Source: SAR86 cluster bacterium SAR86E
Lineage (GTDB): Bacteria > Pseudomonadota > Gammaproteobacteria > Magnimaribacterales > D2472
DNA length: 64,000 nucleotides
Assembly (NCBI GenBank): GCA_000307935.1
Contig: AMWX01000008.1
Span: forward strand, 93,215-157,214
Direction: 5' to 3'
The first letter of the stretch is position 1; the number at the start of each line of letters is the position of its first letter. This document shows positions 50,077 through 60,554 of this stretch, piece after piece. Made by a program: the position numbers and the translations under genes. The notes beneath the pieces were generated by a model. That model saw only the letters and a program-made list of their open reading frames with translations, did no database searches and was not told the origin of the DNA.

Positions 50077-51418
50077 AAATACATATGATCTTGCAACCTC
50101 CTTAAAGCTTGAGTGCAAAGAAAATTTACCTATTTCAAATTTTCATATTGATTCTAGAGATGTGAAAAAGCACTCAGTGTTTTTTGGTCTCCATGGAATT
50201 AATCAGGATGGGAGCTTTTATGCCGAAGACGCAATCAAAAAAGGTGCTTCTCTGGCAATAATTAAAAAGTCAAAAGCTGCGATTCAGACGATCAAATCAA
50301 AAAAAGTAATCTTTGTTAGAAGTCCTGAAAAATCTCTTATTGAGGCATCTAAGATAGCGATGAAGAGATATAAAGGGAATGTTATAGGTATTACGGGCAG
50401 TAACGGGAAAACTACAACAAAAAATATTTTGAAATGCGGTATACCAAAGAGCTTTGCTAGTTATAAAAATTTTAATAATGAGATTGGCTTGCCGCTCTGC
50501 GCTCTATCTCTAGATTCAAAAAATACCAATGCTATTTTTGAAATGGGCGCAGCAAAACTAGGTGATATAGACCTACTTTCCAATATTATTAAACCAAATA
50601 TAGGCATAATCACTCATATTGGTTATTCACACTTAGAGGGGTTAAATTCTATAAAAGGAGTCTTGAAGGTTAAATCAGAACTTATACATAATATCAGAAG
50701 TAATGGCGCAGCTATTGTTCCAGATTCTAATCATTTACCTTACTGGAAGAAAATGAGAAGTGATCTCTCGTTTTATACCTTTGGACATAATCCCTCCGCA
50801 TCTTTTTATCCCACTCAAATCAAGATGACTAAATTCGGATTATCGTTTTTTATTGAATCCAAGCATTTAACCAAAAGAATTCCAATCAAAACTAAATTGA
50901 TAGGTGCTCATAATGTGTTAAATATCCTTGCATCCTTTGCTGTAATTTTTATTTCAAAATTGGATATCCCATCATTCCAAAATGGACTGAAAGAGCTTAA
51001 GAACCCGTCTCAAAGATTATGTTTAAGACGATGGAAAAGGGAATCACAAGTGATTGATGATTCATATAATGCCAATCCAGATTCTATGAAGGCCGCTATT
51101 GATGTGTTGACTAAATTTAATAATAGAAAAATAGCAATTTTTGGAGATATGCTTGAGCTTGGAAGATATAGAAAAAAACTGCACCTAGAGCTGGGTGACT
51201 ATGCAAAAATACAAGGAATAGATATGTTGCTGGGCTATGGTGACCTTATGCGATACACAGTCAATGCATTTGGGACTGAAGGCTTTTTTTTTAAAAATAA
51301 AATAGAGCTAATTAGTTTTTTAAAGAAAAATTTAGTAAAGGGAGATAGTATTTTATTAAAAGGCTCGCGATCAATGCGCATGGAAGAGATATTAAACCTG
51401 TGGGGAAAAAATGATTGA
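50063..51418 (+). CDS. murF: UDP-MurNAc-pentapeptide synthetase
   Basis: GITGSNGKTTTK, NFNNEIGLP, DDSYNANP and KGSRSMRME motifs. Confidence 0.96.
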   Translation: MKLIKNTYDLATSLKLECKENLPISNFHIDSRDVKKHSVFFGLHGINQDGSFYAEDAIKKGASLAIIKKSKAAIQTIKSKKVIFVRSPEKSLIEASKIAMKRYKGNVIGITGSNGKTTTKNILKCGIPKSFASYKNFNNEIGLPLCALSLDSKNTNAIFEMGAAKLGDIDLLSNIIKPNIGIITHIGYSHLEGLNSIKGVLKVKSELIHNIRSNGAAIVPDSNHLPYWKKMRSDLSFYTFGHNPSASFYPTQIKMTKFGLSFFIESKHLTKRIPIKTKLIGAHNVLNILASFAVIFISKLDIPSFQNGLKELKNPSQRLCLRRWKRESQVIDDSYNANPDSMKAAIDVLTKFNNRKIAIFGDMLELGRYRKKLHLELGDYAKIQGIDMLLGYGDLMRYTVNAFGTEGFFFKNKIELISFLKKNLVKGDSILLKGSRSMRMEEILNLWGKND

Positions 51419-52496
51419 ATTACTTGGAACATGGCTTATAACCTATGACTCAGGTTTTGATGTATTGCGTTATTTAACTGTTCGAACAATAGGTGGGACG
51501 TTAACAGCGCTCATATTGTCAATTTTACTTGGACCTGTGCTAATAAAATTCTTGCAAAACATTCAATTTTCTCAATCTATCAGAAGTGATGGACCCCAAT
51601 CTCACATAAAAAAATCTGGCACACCAACTATGGGTGGCTTGATTATTATTTCGTCATTAATTATCTCAACTTTGCTTTGGTCAGATTTTTCAAATCCATA
51701 TATATGGATTTTAATCTTTATCACTATTTCATTTAGTACCATTGGCTTTTTTGATGACTGGTTAAAGATCAAAGAGAGAAATTCAAAAGGGTTGCCGGGG
51801 AAATATAAACTTTGTTTACAGCTTTTCTTTTCTTTTATAGCTATGAGCCTTTTCTTACATGTCTCATCGGAAGGAGCAGGTCAGATTTTTATCCTGCCAT
51901 TCAATAAAGAATATATTTTTTTGATTTCACCTGTTCTTTTTCTTTGCATTAGTACCTTTGTAATTATTGGATCCTCTAATGCAGTTAATCTTACGGATGG
52001 GTTAGATGGATTGGCAATACTGCCGTCAGTTTTAATTGCAGGTGGGTTAGGTCTTATCGCTTATGCATCAGGAAATTCCATTATTGCTAATTATTTATTT
52101 ATCCCCTTTAACCCTTTAAGTGGTGAGCTTATAGTATTTTGTGGGGCTATGATTGGAGCTGGGATAGGTTTTCTTTGGTACAACACATATCCTGCACAAA
52201 TTTTTATGGGTGACTTGGGGTCTCTAACTCTTGGGGGAATACTAGGAACCTTAGCTGTTTTGGTAAGACATGAAATAGTTTTTGCCATTATGGCAGGAGT
52301 TTTTGTAATGGAGACTCTGAGCGTTATTATTCAAGTCGGTTCTTATAAACTCAGAGGTAAAAGAGTTTTTCTAATGGCTCCAATACATCATCATTTTGAA
52401 TTAAAGGGATGGGCTGAACCCAAGATTATTGTCAGATTCTGGATTATTACCTTTGTTCTTGTTTTATTTGCGCTTGCAACCTTGAAGCTGAGATAA
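51411..52496 (+). CDS. mraY: phospho-MurNAc-pentapeptide transferase
   Basis: KSGTPTMGG, NAVNLTDGLDGL and MAPIHHHFE motifs. Confidence 0.98.
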   Translation: MIELLGTWLITYDSGFDVLRYLTVRTIGGTLTALILSILLGPVLIKFLQNIQFSQSIRSDGPQSHIKKSGTPTMGGLIIISSLIISTLLWSDFSNPYIWILIFITISFSTIGFFDDWLKIKERNSKGLPGKYKLCLQLFFSFIAMSLFLHVSSEGAGQIFILPFNKEYIFLISPVLFLCISTFVIIGSSNAVNLTDGLDGLAILPSVLIAGGLGLIAYASGNSIIANYLFIPFNPLSGELIVFCGAMIGAGIGFLWYNTYPAQIFMGDLGSLTLGGILGTLAVLVRHEIVFAIMAGVFVMETLSVIIQVGSYKLRGKRVFLMAPIHHHFELKGWAEPKIIVRFWIITFVLVLFALATLKLR

Positions 52497-52502
52497 AAAT
52501 TT

Positions 52503-53564
52503 ATGACGTCTCTTATTTTTGGTTATGGAGTCACGGGCCAATCTTTTGAAAGATACTTAAATAAAAAAAATATAGACTTTTCGATATATGATGAAAAAAT
52601 TTCTGGCAGTAATATAACTAACAAATTACCAAATCGAGATAGATTGCAATCTTTTGAAATGATTTATCTGAGCCCTGGAATTAATTTAAAACAAATTTAT
52701 CCAAATGGAGAGTTTGAGGAAATACCCTATCAAACAGATTTAGATATTTTTTTTAAAGAAGATAATTCCTATAAAATTGGGATTACTGGTACAAATGGTA
52801 AAAGTAGTTGCTGTTATTATTTGCATCAACTTTTAGAGGGATCTCAATTAGTTGGAAATATTGGCAACCCAGTCCTTGATAACATAAACAAATGTGCTTA
52901 TTCGATAATTGAGCTTTCTAGTTTCCAGCTTGAAAAGGCAAAGTTTATTGAATTAGATTTTGGTGTTCTTTTAAACATCGAGCCTGATCACATAGATCAT
53001 CATGGAAGTTTTGCAGAATATGCCAAAGCAAAAAATAAAATTAATAAATCCAAGGTATTTACCAAAGAAGCTAATCCAAGAAAATTATGGTCAATGATTA
53101 CTGGAGAAGAGCAATCATCTATCAGAAATATTCAACTGAAAAATTTACCTCATAGGCAAGAACATATTACAACATGGAAAAACCTGACATTCATAAATGA
53201 CTCAAAGGCTACTAATATTGCTGCTTTAAAATATGCACTTAATAAAATGTCAGGCCAATATCTTTTGATTCTTTGTGGAGATCCGAATAAAGAGCGGTAT
53301 AAAAATATAGAAATTACCGGGCCTCTTAAGATATACATTTTTGGCACTCATGCAAATGATATATATAAGAAAGTTACCCATCCAAATAAAATTTTACTTC
53401 ACAATAAAAGTATAGAGACTGTTATAAAATTAGTTGCGGAAGATATTTATCAAAATCCTACTACTATTCTTTTTTCTCCTGGCCATCCAAGTGGCAAAGA
53501 TTTTAAGAATTTTGAGGACCGCGGTAAGCGTTTTTCCAATTTAGCAATGAATTTAGATGGTTAA
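52503..53564 (+). CDS. murD: UDP-MurNAc-L-Ala-D-Glu ligase (compact)
   Basis: GITGTNGKS, ELSSFQL, DHIDHH and INDSKATN motifs. Confidence 0.92.
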   Translation: MTSLIFGYGVTGQSFERYLNKKNIDFSIYDEKISGSNITNKLPNRDRLQSFEMIYLSPGINLKQIYPNGEFEEIPYQTDLDIFFKEDNSYKIGITGTNGKSSCCYYLHQLLEGSQLVGNIGNPVLDNINKCAYSIIELSSFQLEKAKFIELDFGVLLNIEPDHIDHHGSFAEYAKAKNKINKSKVFTKEANPRKLWSMITGEEQSSIRNIQLKNLPHRQEHITTWKNLTFINDSKATNIAALKYALNKMSGQYLLILCGDPNKERYKNIEITGPLKIYIFGTHANDIYKKVTHPNKILLHNKSIETVIKLVAEDIYQNPTTILFSPGHPSGKDFKNFEDRGKRFSNLAMNLDG

Positions 53565-54660
53565 CAGAGATACTATATTGATTGTCTTGCCATATATTTG
53601 CTTGCTATTTATAGGAATTGTAATGGTGGCATCATCGAGTGTTTATGTTTCCGAAGCAATTTATGGCAACCCATTTCATTTTGCATCAAGGCAAATCATT
53701 TTTTTTATAATTGGTGTTTTAGCAACAATAATTGCGTTAAGCATCCCTTCAAATATATTTCTTAGATTAGATTGGTTGATTCTTCTAGGGTCTTTGATTT
53801 TGCTGGCTGCTCTTTTTTTTCCGGGTGTTGGCACAGAAGTAAATGGAAGCTTGCGCTGGATAAGGATTGGTCCAATTAATGTGCAACCATCAGAAGTAAG
53901 CAAGCTAGCTTTAGTTATTTACATTGCAGGTTACTGTGTACGAAGGCTTAGCGAAATTAATACTTCATTAGGCTTTGTAAGACCATTAATTGTATTAGCT
54001 CTTTTTGGATTATTGATTATGTCTCAACCAGATCTTGGATCTACCTTAGTGATTGGAGCTTTGGTAATAGCAGTACTATTTTTTGCAGGTATTTCATTTT
54101 TACAATTTTCATTATTAGTTTCTTTGATGGCGATCCTAGCTGTTGTCGCTATTTATTTGGAGCCATATAGATATATTAGGTTTATTTCTTTTACCGAGCC
54201 CTTTGAAAATTTCTATGGCCCCGGATGGCAGCTATCAAATGCTTTGTTGAGTATAGGCAGGGGAGAATGGTTTGGCATGGGTTTAGGTAATGGCTTACAA
54301 AAAAATCTTTATTTGCCTGAACCACATACAGATTTTATATTTGCGGTAATAGTTGAAGAGTTTGGTTTGATCGGAGGTTTAGTTATTATTTTTTTATTTT
54401 CCATGCTCATTTTTGGAGTTATCAAAACATCAATCAAATCATTAGAGCTTGGAAAGTTGTTTCAAGGGTTAATAGCTTTTGGCGTAGGTATTTTAATTGC
54501 AATCCAAGCAATATTTAATATTGGTGTTAATCTTGGAATTCTCCCTACCAAAGGATTAACACTTCCCTTCATTAGTTATGGAGGCACTAGTTTAATTTTG
54601 TTTATGTTTTTAATGGGAATGGTTTTAAGAATTAATTTTGAAAATAACACTATAAAATAA
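53557..54660 (+). CDS. ftsW: SEDS peptidoglycan glycosyltransferase FtsW
   Basis: QPSEVSK, QPDLG, LPEPHTDFIFA and LPFISYGG motifs. Confidence 0.97.
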   Translation: MVNRDTILIVLPYICLLFIGIVMVASSSVYVSEAIYGNPFHFASRQIIFFIIGVLATIIALSIPSNIFLRLDWLILLGSLILLAALFFPGVGTEVNGSLRWIRIGPINVQPSEVSKLALVIYIAGYCVRRLSEINTSLGFVRPLIVLALFGLLIMSQPDLGSTLVIGALVIAVLFFAGISFLQFSLLVSLMAILAVVAIYLEPYRYIRFISFTEPFENFYGPGWQLSNALLSIGRGEWFGMGLGNGLQKNLYLPEPHTDFIFAVIVEEFGLIGGLVIIFLFSMLIFGVIKTSIKSLELGKLFQGLIAFGVGILIAIQAIFNIGVNLGILPTKGLTLPFISYGGTSLILFMFLMGMVLRINFENNTIK

Positions 54661-55700
54661 TGAATTTTTTAATTTCTGCTGCTGGAACGGGAGGTCATGT
54701 TTTTCCTGCCTTGGAATTTAGCAAGGAGTGTATATCAAAAGATCATAAAGTAGTTTGGATTGGAACGAAATTTGGAATAGAAAATCAAATCATGCCCTCT
54801 AACATTAAATTTTTAAATATTCCTATGAGTGGATTTAGAGGAAAAAGCTTAGTTTTAAAATTCAATGCAATATTTAGGTTGATACAATCTGTTTGTAAAA
54901 GTATTTATTTTTTACAAAAAAATGAAATCGATTATGTGGTTTGCTTTGGTGGATATGTAACATTGCCAGTTGGAATATCTGCATGGGTTTGCAGAAAGCC
55001 TCTTTTTTTGCATGAACAAAACTCAGTTGTAGGAACATCAAACAGATTATTGAAAATTTTTGCAAAAAAAGTTTTCTTAGGCTTTGCCATCAATGAACCC
55101 ATGGAAAAAAAAATGATGCTGGTAGGAAATCCTATCAAGAAGTTTACTGGAGATGATAGTCTCAATTCTAACAATCAAAGTTTGAAAATATACATAACTG
55201 GTGGAAGCCAAGGCTCTGAGTATATCAATCATAATATTCCAAAAGCATTAAATGATTTGGAAATACCCTTAAAGGTTAAACATCAGACCGGAATAGGCAA
55301 AACTCATGGAATCCTTGACCTATATTCAAATAAAATCGATGCTGAGATTGTTGAGTTTTATGATTCTCCTCAAGACTCAATGCTGTGGTCAGATTTTATT
55401 ATTTCCAGAGCTGGAGCATTATCCCTTTCTGAGGCTATTAGTTTAAATAGAGGGTTATTAATGATTCCTCTGTTGATTTCGATTGATAATCATCAATTTT
55501 TAAATGCACAAAATATTGTTAAGCAAGGCATGGGTCTATTGCATGAAGAGACCGATTCCTTTGAACAGCTTTCTAACAAACTTAAAGAGATTATTGATCA
55601 AGAATTGCACTTAAAATGGGCAAAAAAAAATAATAACACTTATCATTTTAGTGCATCAGAGAAAATGTTAAATTCAATTCTAAAACTTGAAAAAAAATGA
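54660..55700 (+). CDS. murG: lipid II GlcNAc transferase MurG
   Basis: GTGGHVFP, HEQN, GGSQG and SRAGA motifs. Confidence 0.96.
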   Translation: MNFLISAAGTGGHVFPALEFSKECISKDHKVVWIGTKFGIENQIMPSNIKFLNIPMSGFRGKSLVLKFNAIFRLIQSVCKSIYFLQKNEIDYVVCFGGYVTLPVGISAWVCRKPLFLHEQNSVVGTSNRLLKIFAKKVFLGFAINEPMEKKMMLVGNPIKKFTGDDSLNSNNQSLKIYITGGSQGSEYINHNIPKALNDLEIPLKVKHQTGIGKTHGILDLYSNKIDAEIVEFYDSPQDSMLWSDFIISRAGALSLSEAISLNRGLLMIPLLISIDNHQFLNAQNIVKQGMGLLHEETDSFEQLSNKLKEIIDQELHLKWAKKNNNTYHFSASEKMLNSILKLEKK

Positions 55701-57091
55701 AACTACTAGGTTTTCAAAAGTATAAAAAAATTCACATGATTGGCATCGGCGGATCAGGAATGATCGGAGTTGCTACCATTTTGCAGAAACGCGGTTTTAA
55801 GGTAACTGGTTCTGATTTAACAATTACAGGCGAACTTAATGAATTGAAAAAGCTTGGAGCAAAGGTGCAGATTGGCCATGAGCCAAAGCTCATTAAAAAT
55901 GCTGATTTGATTGTAGCCTCATCTGCAATATCCAAAAGAAATCCTGAGCTTGTTTATGCCAATCAGTCTGGATTAACAATAATCCCTCGGGCTGAAATGC
56001 TAGGCACTTTGATGAAGCCATATAGAAGTATTGCGGTTGCAGGCAGTCATGGTAAAACTAGCACTACAAGTATAATTGCAAGTATTTTTAATGCTGCAAA
56101 TCTCAGCCCTACCTATGTTATTGGTGGGCAAGTTTTGAGTGTAGGGCGAAGCTCTAACTTAGGAGAGGGTGATTACATGGTAGTTGAAGCAGATGAGAGC
56201 GACGGATCTTTCTTGCATCTGCAGCCAGATGTTGCAGTGATTACCAACATTGATAATGACCATTTAAACTTTTATGAGTCTGATCAAAACAAACTTAATC
56301 AATCATTTGTGAGTTTTGCTGAAAACCTACCATTTTATGGGCATATTTTACTTAACTTAGATAACGTCAATATTAGAAAAATTTCTAAAAAGATTCACAG
56401 AAAACAAATAACTTTTGGATTTTCTGCAAAAAATAGATTTCAAATATCTAATGTTCATATAAAAAATGGTACTCAAAAATTTAAACTAGTAGATCACCTT
56501 AATAATAAAAAAAATTATAAATTTGCTACAAAACTTAGTGGCAAACATAATTTATACAATGTTACTGCTGCAATCTGCGTGGCCTTGGAAGAAAAAATAT
56601 CTATAAAAAATATTGCTAAAGGGTTAGATGATTTTAAAGGGGTAGGAAGAAGATTTGAGATTTCAAATATTTATATTGATTCAAAGACTCAAGTTGTAAT
56701 AGATGATTACGGGCATCATCCTGCTGAAATAGACGCAACTATTCAAGCAACTAAAGAAAAATTCCCTCGAGAGAAAATTTGCATGATTTTTGAACCACAT
56801 CGATTTTCAAGAACCCAACAACTGTTTGATGATTTTGTAAAAGTTCTTTCAAAAGTTGACTATTTGCTATTGCTGGATATATATCCCGCAAGTGAAAGGC
56901 CAATACGCGGAGTTTCATCTAGAAAATTGATCTCTGAAATTTCTAAAAATCACAAAAATACTTATCTTATGAGCGGGGCTAATCCTATTGATTGGCTGCA
57001 AGTAAATCATCATCAATTTTCAGTTATCATCACACAAGGTGCAGGTACAATTTCAAAATTGCATCAAAAGATTCAAAATAAGTGGCAGTAA
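55697..57091 (+). CDS. murC: UDP-MurNAc-L-alanine ligase
   Basis: GIGGSGM, GSHGKTST, EADESD and DDYGHHP motifs. Confidence 0.97.
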   Translation: MKLLGFQKYKKIHMIGIGGSGMIGVATILQKRGFKVTGSDLTITGELNELKKLGAKVQIGHEPKLIKNADLIVASSAISKRNPELVYANQSGLTIIPRAEMLGTLMKPYRSIAVAGSHGKTSTTSIIASIFNAANLSPTYVIGGQVLSVGRSSNLGEGDYMVVEADESDGSFLHLQPDVAVITNIDNDHLNFYESDQNKLNQSFVSFAENLPFYGHILLNLDNVNIRKISKKIHRKQITFGFSAKNRFQISNVHIKNGTQKFKLVDHLNNKKNYKFATKLSGKHNLYNVTAAICVALEEKISIKNIAKGLDDFKGVGRRFEISNIYIDSKTQVVIDDYGHHPAEIDATIQATKEKFPREKICMIFEPHRFSRTQQLFDDFVKVLSKVDYLLLLDIYPASERPIRGVSSRKLISEISKNHKNTYLMSGANPIDWLQVNHHQFSVIITQGAGTISKLHQKIQNKWQ

Positions 57092-57993
57092 AAAAAATCA
57101 CAGTCTTGTATGGCGGACAATCTTCGGAGAGAGAAGTTTCTCTTGAAAGTGGTAAATATATTTATCAATCAATAAAAGACTTAGGGTACGAAACACAGCT
57201 CATTGATTACCCGGCTGAATTTTTGTTAGATAAATTTTCTCATGAAGACTTAGTTTTTATTGCTCTTCACGGAAAAGATGGAGAATCTGGCGAATTACAA
57301 AATCATCTGAAGGAACAAGGAGTTTTATATACTGGTAGTGGAGATGAGGCATGCAAGAAGACTTGGAATAAAGATACCTTCAAGAAAATTTTAAGGGAAA
57401 ATAACGTTCCTACCCCTAATTGGATCTCTGTTCCTTCTTTGCTCGAAATAAAAAGTTTAGAGGATATTCTTTTTAAAAATCTTGATCTTTCTAATAATAT
57501 CTTTTTAAAACCCGCAGAGGATGGATCTAGCATAGATGTTTTTAAAATATCAACGAGCAAAGATTTAGAGATGGCAATCAGCAATTGTGTAAATGCAAAT
57601 AGACAATTCATTTTTGAGGAGAGCATAAATCACAGAGAGCTAACAGTTCCAATATTAAACGGAAAATGCTTGCCTGCTGTCGAAATAATAACCTCAGAAA
57701 TATTTTATAACTTCAATGCAAAATATGTGAATGAGGACACAAAACTAAATAATTTAAATCTATCTTTTGATAAGAAAAAAGAGCTTGAACAAATCTGTTT
57801 GAAAACTCTAAAAGTTACAAAATGCAGAGGCTGGTTAAGAATTGATCTTATGCAAGACAGCGATGGTAACTTTTATGTTCTCGAAGTAAATACCGCTCCT
57901 GGAATGACATCTCATAGCCTATTTCCTAAATCTGCACAATCCATAGGTCTTTCATATAACAGTTTAGTTCAAGAGATCATCAATGCTAGTTAA
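57082..57993 (+). CDS. ddl: D-alanine--D-alanine ligase
   Basis: GGQSSEREVSL.SG, ALHG, AKY omega loop and EVNTAPGMT motifs. Confidence 0.96.
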   Translation: MAVKKITVLYGGQSSEREVSLESGKYIYQSIKDLGYETQLIDYPAEFLLDKFSHEDLVFIALHGKDGESGELQNHLKEQGVLYTGSGDEACKKTWNKDTFKKILRENNVPTPNWISVPSLLEIKSLEDILFKNLDLSNNIFLKPAEDGSSIDVFKISTSKDLEMAISNCVNANRQFIFEESINHRELTVPILNGKCLPAVEIITSEIFYNFNAKYVNEDTKLNNLNLSFDKKKELEQICLKTLKVTKCRGWLRIDLMQDSDGNFYVLEVNTAPGMTSHSLFPKSAQSIGLSYNSLVQEIINAS

Positions 57994-58618
57994 AAGACTG
58001 CTATCTATTTCTATTCTCGCGCTGATATCTTTGGGTTGTACAAAAAATTTACAAAACGATGTAGTTATATTGTTTGAAAAGCCTTTGATGTTAAAGCAAG
58101 AGCAAGAGCTAGTTTTAAATCTTTTAAATAGCTCATCTAAAAAAAAGCTATCAGAAATTTTAAAAGATCAAAGCTGGATAGAATCTTATTTGATTAAGAA
58201 ATATGCATTCCAACCTACTCAACTATTTATAAATTCAAAGGAACCAAAATATGTTTGGAAAAATTTATTTTACTTAGATGCTCAATTAAGCAAATTTCCA
58301 TATTTAGGTGATATTAACAATTTGCTGCACCTCAATATGCCAATTGAATTTGTTAGTAACTGGATGCAAATTGAAAATGAATTATTTTCAATAATAGATA
58401 CTTATAAGCTAAAGATTTCCTCGGTATCATTTACTGAAGCTGAGGGTTGGTATTTTCAGACAAGCAATAATTTGCGAATAAATCTTGGTTCAGATATTTC
58501 CGCTAATGCACTCAAAAAACTGTCAAATGCTTTGAAATATATTTTCGAAAAAAACCTAACTCCTAGTATTATTGATTTAAGATACAAGAATGGAGCAGCA
58601 TTAAACTATGGCAAATAA
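57983..58618 (+). CDS. ftsQ: cell division protein FtsQ (divergent, short)
   Basis: C-terminal IDLRYKNGAAL, WIES in a POTRA-like region; between ddl and ftsA. Confidence 0.82.
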   Translation: MLVKRLLSISILALISLGCTKNLQNDVVILFEKPLMLKQEQELVLNLLNSSSKKKLSEILKDQSWIESYLIKKYAFQPTQLFINSKEPKYVWKNLFYLDAQLSKFPYLGDINNLLHLNMPIEFVSNWMQIENELFSIIDTYKLKISSVSFTEAEGWYFQTSNNLRINLGSDISANALKKLSNALKYIFEKNLTPSIIDLRYKNGAALNYGK

Positions 58619-59837
58619 TGGAGCAAAAGATACCGACTATGTTGTTGGTTTAGATATTGGCACCTCAAAGGTAGTGTGCATTATAGGAAAGTATGTTGAC
58701 CAGCATTCTATCGAAGTTATTTCAATGGGTTCATACCCATCGAGTGGTCTCAAGAAAGGAGTTGTTGTAAATATAGATGCAACAACAGATGCAATTCAAA
58801 AATCTATTGATCAGGCTCAGGCATCTTTTGAGGGAAAAATTAAAAATGTATATGTTGGTATTGCTGGCAATCATATACGAAGCTTAAACTCTCATGGGAT
58901 AGTTGGCATTAAAGATAAAGAAGTAGAAGCAAGTGATATTGATAGAGTCATTGAGGCTGCTCAGGCAGTAGCAATTCCTTCAGATCAAAGAGTTTTACAT
59001 GTTCTCCCTCAAGAGTATGTTATTGATAATCAAGATTCTATTCGAGAGCCTCTTGGTATGTCAGGAGTCAGATTAGAGTCTCATGTGCATCTCGTAACTT
59101 GCGCAAATAACGCTATTCAAAATATAGAAAAGTGCGTTAAAAGATGTGGAATTGGTGTAGACGGATTTGTTTTAGAGCAGCTTGCCAGCTCATACTCTGT
59201 TCTATCTGAAGATGAAAAAGAACTTGGTGTTTGTTTAGTTGATATCGGTGGTGGAACAACAGATATTGCTGTATTTAATTCTGGTTCAATATCATTTACT
59301 GGTGTTATACCAATTGCAGGAGATCAGGTTACCAGCGACATTGCTGTTGCTTTGAGAACCCCCACAGCTCAAGCTGAGGACATTAAGCAAAAGCATGGTT
59401 GTGCCGCGGCTGAATTAACTCATGATGGAGAAACTCTCGAAGTAATGAGAGTAGGTGGAAGGCCTCCAGAGGACTTATCTAGACGATCATTAGCCGAAAT
59501 TATTGAGCCAAGATATGTCGAACTTTTTGATCTTGTTAAAGCAGAGATCAAAAGAAATGGATTTGAAAACAAGATTCCTGCTGGGATAGTACTTACAGGA
59601 GGGACTTCTAAAATGGAGGGAGCTGTTGCTTTGGCAGAATCTATTTTTCAAACAAGCGTAAGGTTAGGAATTCCAGAAAAGTTTAATGGCATGGAGCCTG
59701 TTCTTAAAAACCCAATTTATGCAACAGCGCTTGGTTTGGTCGGTTTTGGTTTTGATCAGATTAAACAAGGTTATACATTAGAAAATAATAAGAGCTTCTT
59801 TGATAAAGCATTTGGTTTCTTAAAAAATAATTATTGA
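58608..59837 (+). CDS. ftsA: cell division protein FtsA
   Basis: GLDIGTSK, DIGGGTTD and VLTGGTS motifs, amphipathic C-terminal helix. Confidence 0.98.
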   Translation: MANNGAKDTDYVVGLDIGTSKVVCIIGKYVDQHSIEVISMGSYPSSGLKKGVVVNIDATTDAIQKSIDQAQASFEGKIKNVYVGIAGNHIRSLNSHGIVGIKDKEVEASDIDRVIEAAQAVAIPSDQRVLHVLPQEYVIDNQDSIREPLGMSGVRLESHVHLVTCANNAIQNIEKCVKRCGIGVDGFVLEQLASSYSVLSEDEKELGVCLVDIGGGTTDIAVFNSGSISFTGVIPIAGDQVTSDIAVALRTPTAQAEDIKQKHGCAAAELTHDGETLEVMRVGGRPPEDLSRRSLAEIIEPRYVELFDLVKAEIKRNGFENKIPAGIVLTGGTSKMEGAVALAESIFQTSVRLGIPEKFNGMEPVLKNPIYATALGLVGFGFDQIKQGYTLENNKSFFDKAFGFLKNNY

Positions 59838-59862
59838 TTGCAGGACCTATTTGGAATAGAAT
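59834..59862 (+). promoter_or_regulatory. putative sigma70 promoter of rpsF operon
   Basis: TTGATT-N17-TAGAAT followed by a GC-richer discriminator. Confidence 0.7.
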
Positions 59863-59916
59863 TCAGGCTCCTTGGTTTTTTGGTATTCAAAAAATCTTTT
59901 AACTCATAGGGAAAAC

Positions 59917-60360
59917 ATGAATAATTACGAATTAATATTAATACTTAATCCAGACCTATCAAATAAGTTTGACGAGTTTCAGACCAAGTTTGAAAAAACT
60001 CTTACTGATTTAAAATTTCAGATTGATAAGCTTGAGAATATAGGCAGAAGACAGCTTGCCTACAGTATTCTTAATCATAACAAAGGCCACTACGCGATTT
60101 TTCAGATTCAGGGACCATCTGATGCTGCATTAGAGCTAGAAACTAAATTAAAATATGATACTTCCGTTATACGACATTTATTACTAAAAGTTGAAAATCC
60201 ATCCTTGGAAGATTCAATGTTACTGGTAGAGTCTAGAGAAACCAAAAAAACACCACAAGATGAAACTTCACAAGACAAACCAAAAACTAAATTAGTAGAA
60301 AAAAATGAAAGCAGCGCCGATCAATCTGATATTAAAGCTGAAGCCAAGGAAGGTGAATAA
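59917..60360 (+). CDS. rpsF: 30S ribosomal protein S6
   Basis: [21 protein letters not shown] and VIRHL motifs; start at ATG 59917 after AGGGA. Confidence 0.95.
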   Translation: MNNYELILILNPDLSNKFDEFQTKFEKTLTDLKFQIDKLENIGRRQLAYSILNHNKGHYAIFQIQGPSDAALELETKLKYDTSVIRHLLLKVENPSLEDSMLLVESRETKKTPQDETSQDKPKTKLVEKNESSADQSDIKAEAKEGE

Positions 60361-60551
60361 TGAATGAGTCAAATAAAAAAAACTTTAATTACAAAAACGT
60401 TGATTTGCTCAAAAGATACATTACTGAGACTGGAAAAATCATACCCGCAAGAGTTTCAAATATTAGCGCAGCTGAGCAAAGAAAATTAACAAAAGCAGTA
60501 AAAATTGCTCGATTCCTAGCATTACTTCCATATACAGATTCACATAGATAG
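60360..60551 (+). CDS. rpsR: 30S ribosomal protein S18 (N-terminally short)
   Basis: [22 protein letters not shown]...ARFLALLPY. Confidence 0.96.
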   Translation: MNESNKKNFNYKNVDLLKRYITETGKIIPARVSNISAAEQRKLTKAVKIARFLALLPYTDSHR

Positions 60552-60554
60552 ATT

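Noticed and set aside
57700-57730. Possible D-Ala-D-Lac ligase
   Set aside because: The omega loop has AKY (Tyr), consistent with an ordinary D-Ala-D-Ala ligase
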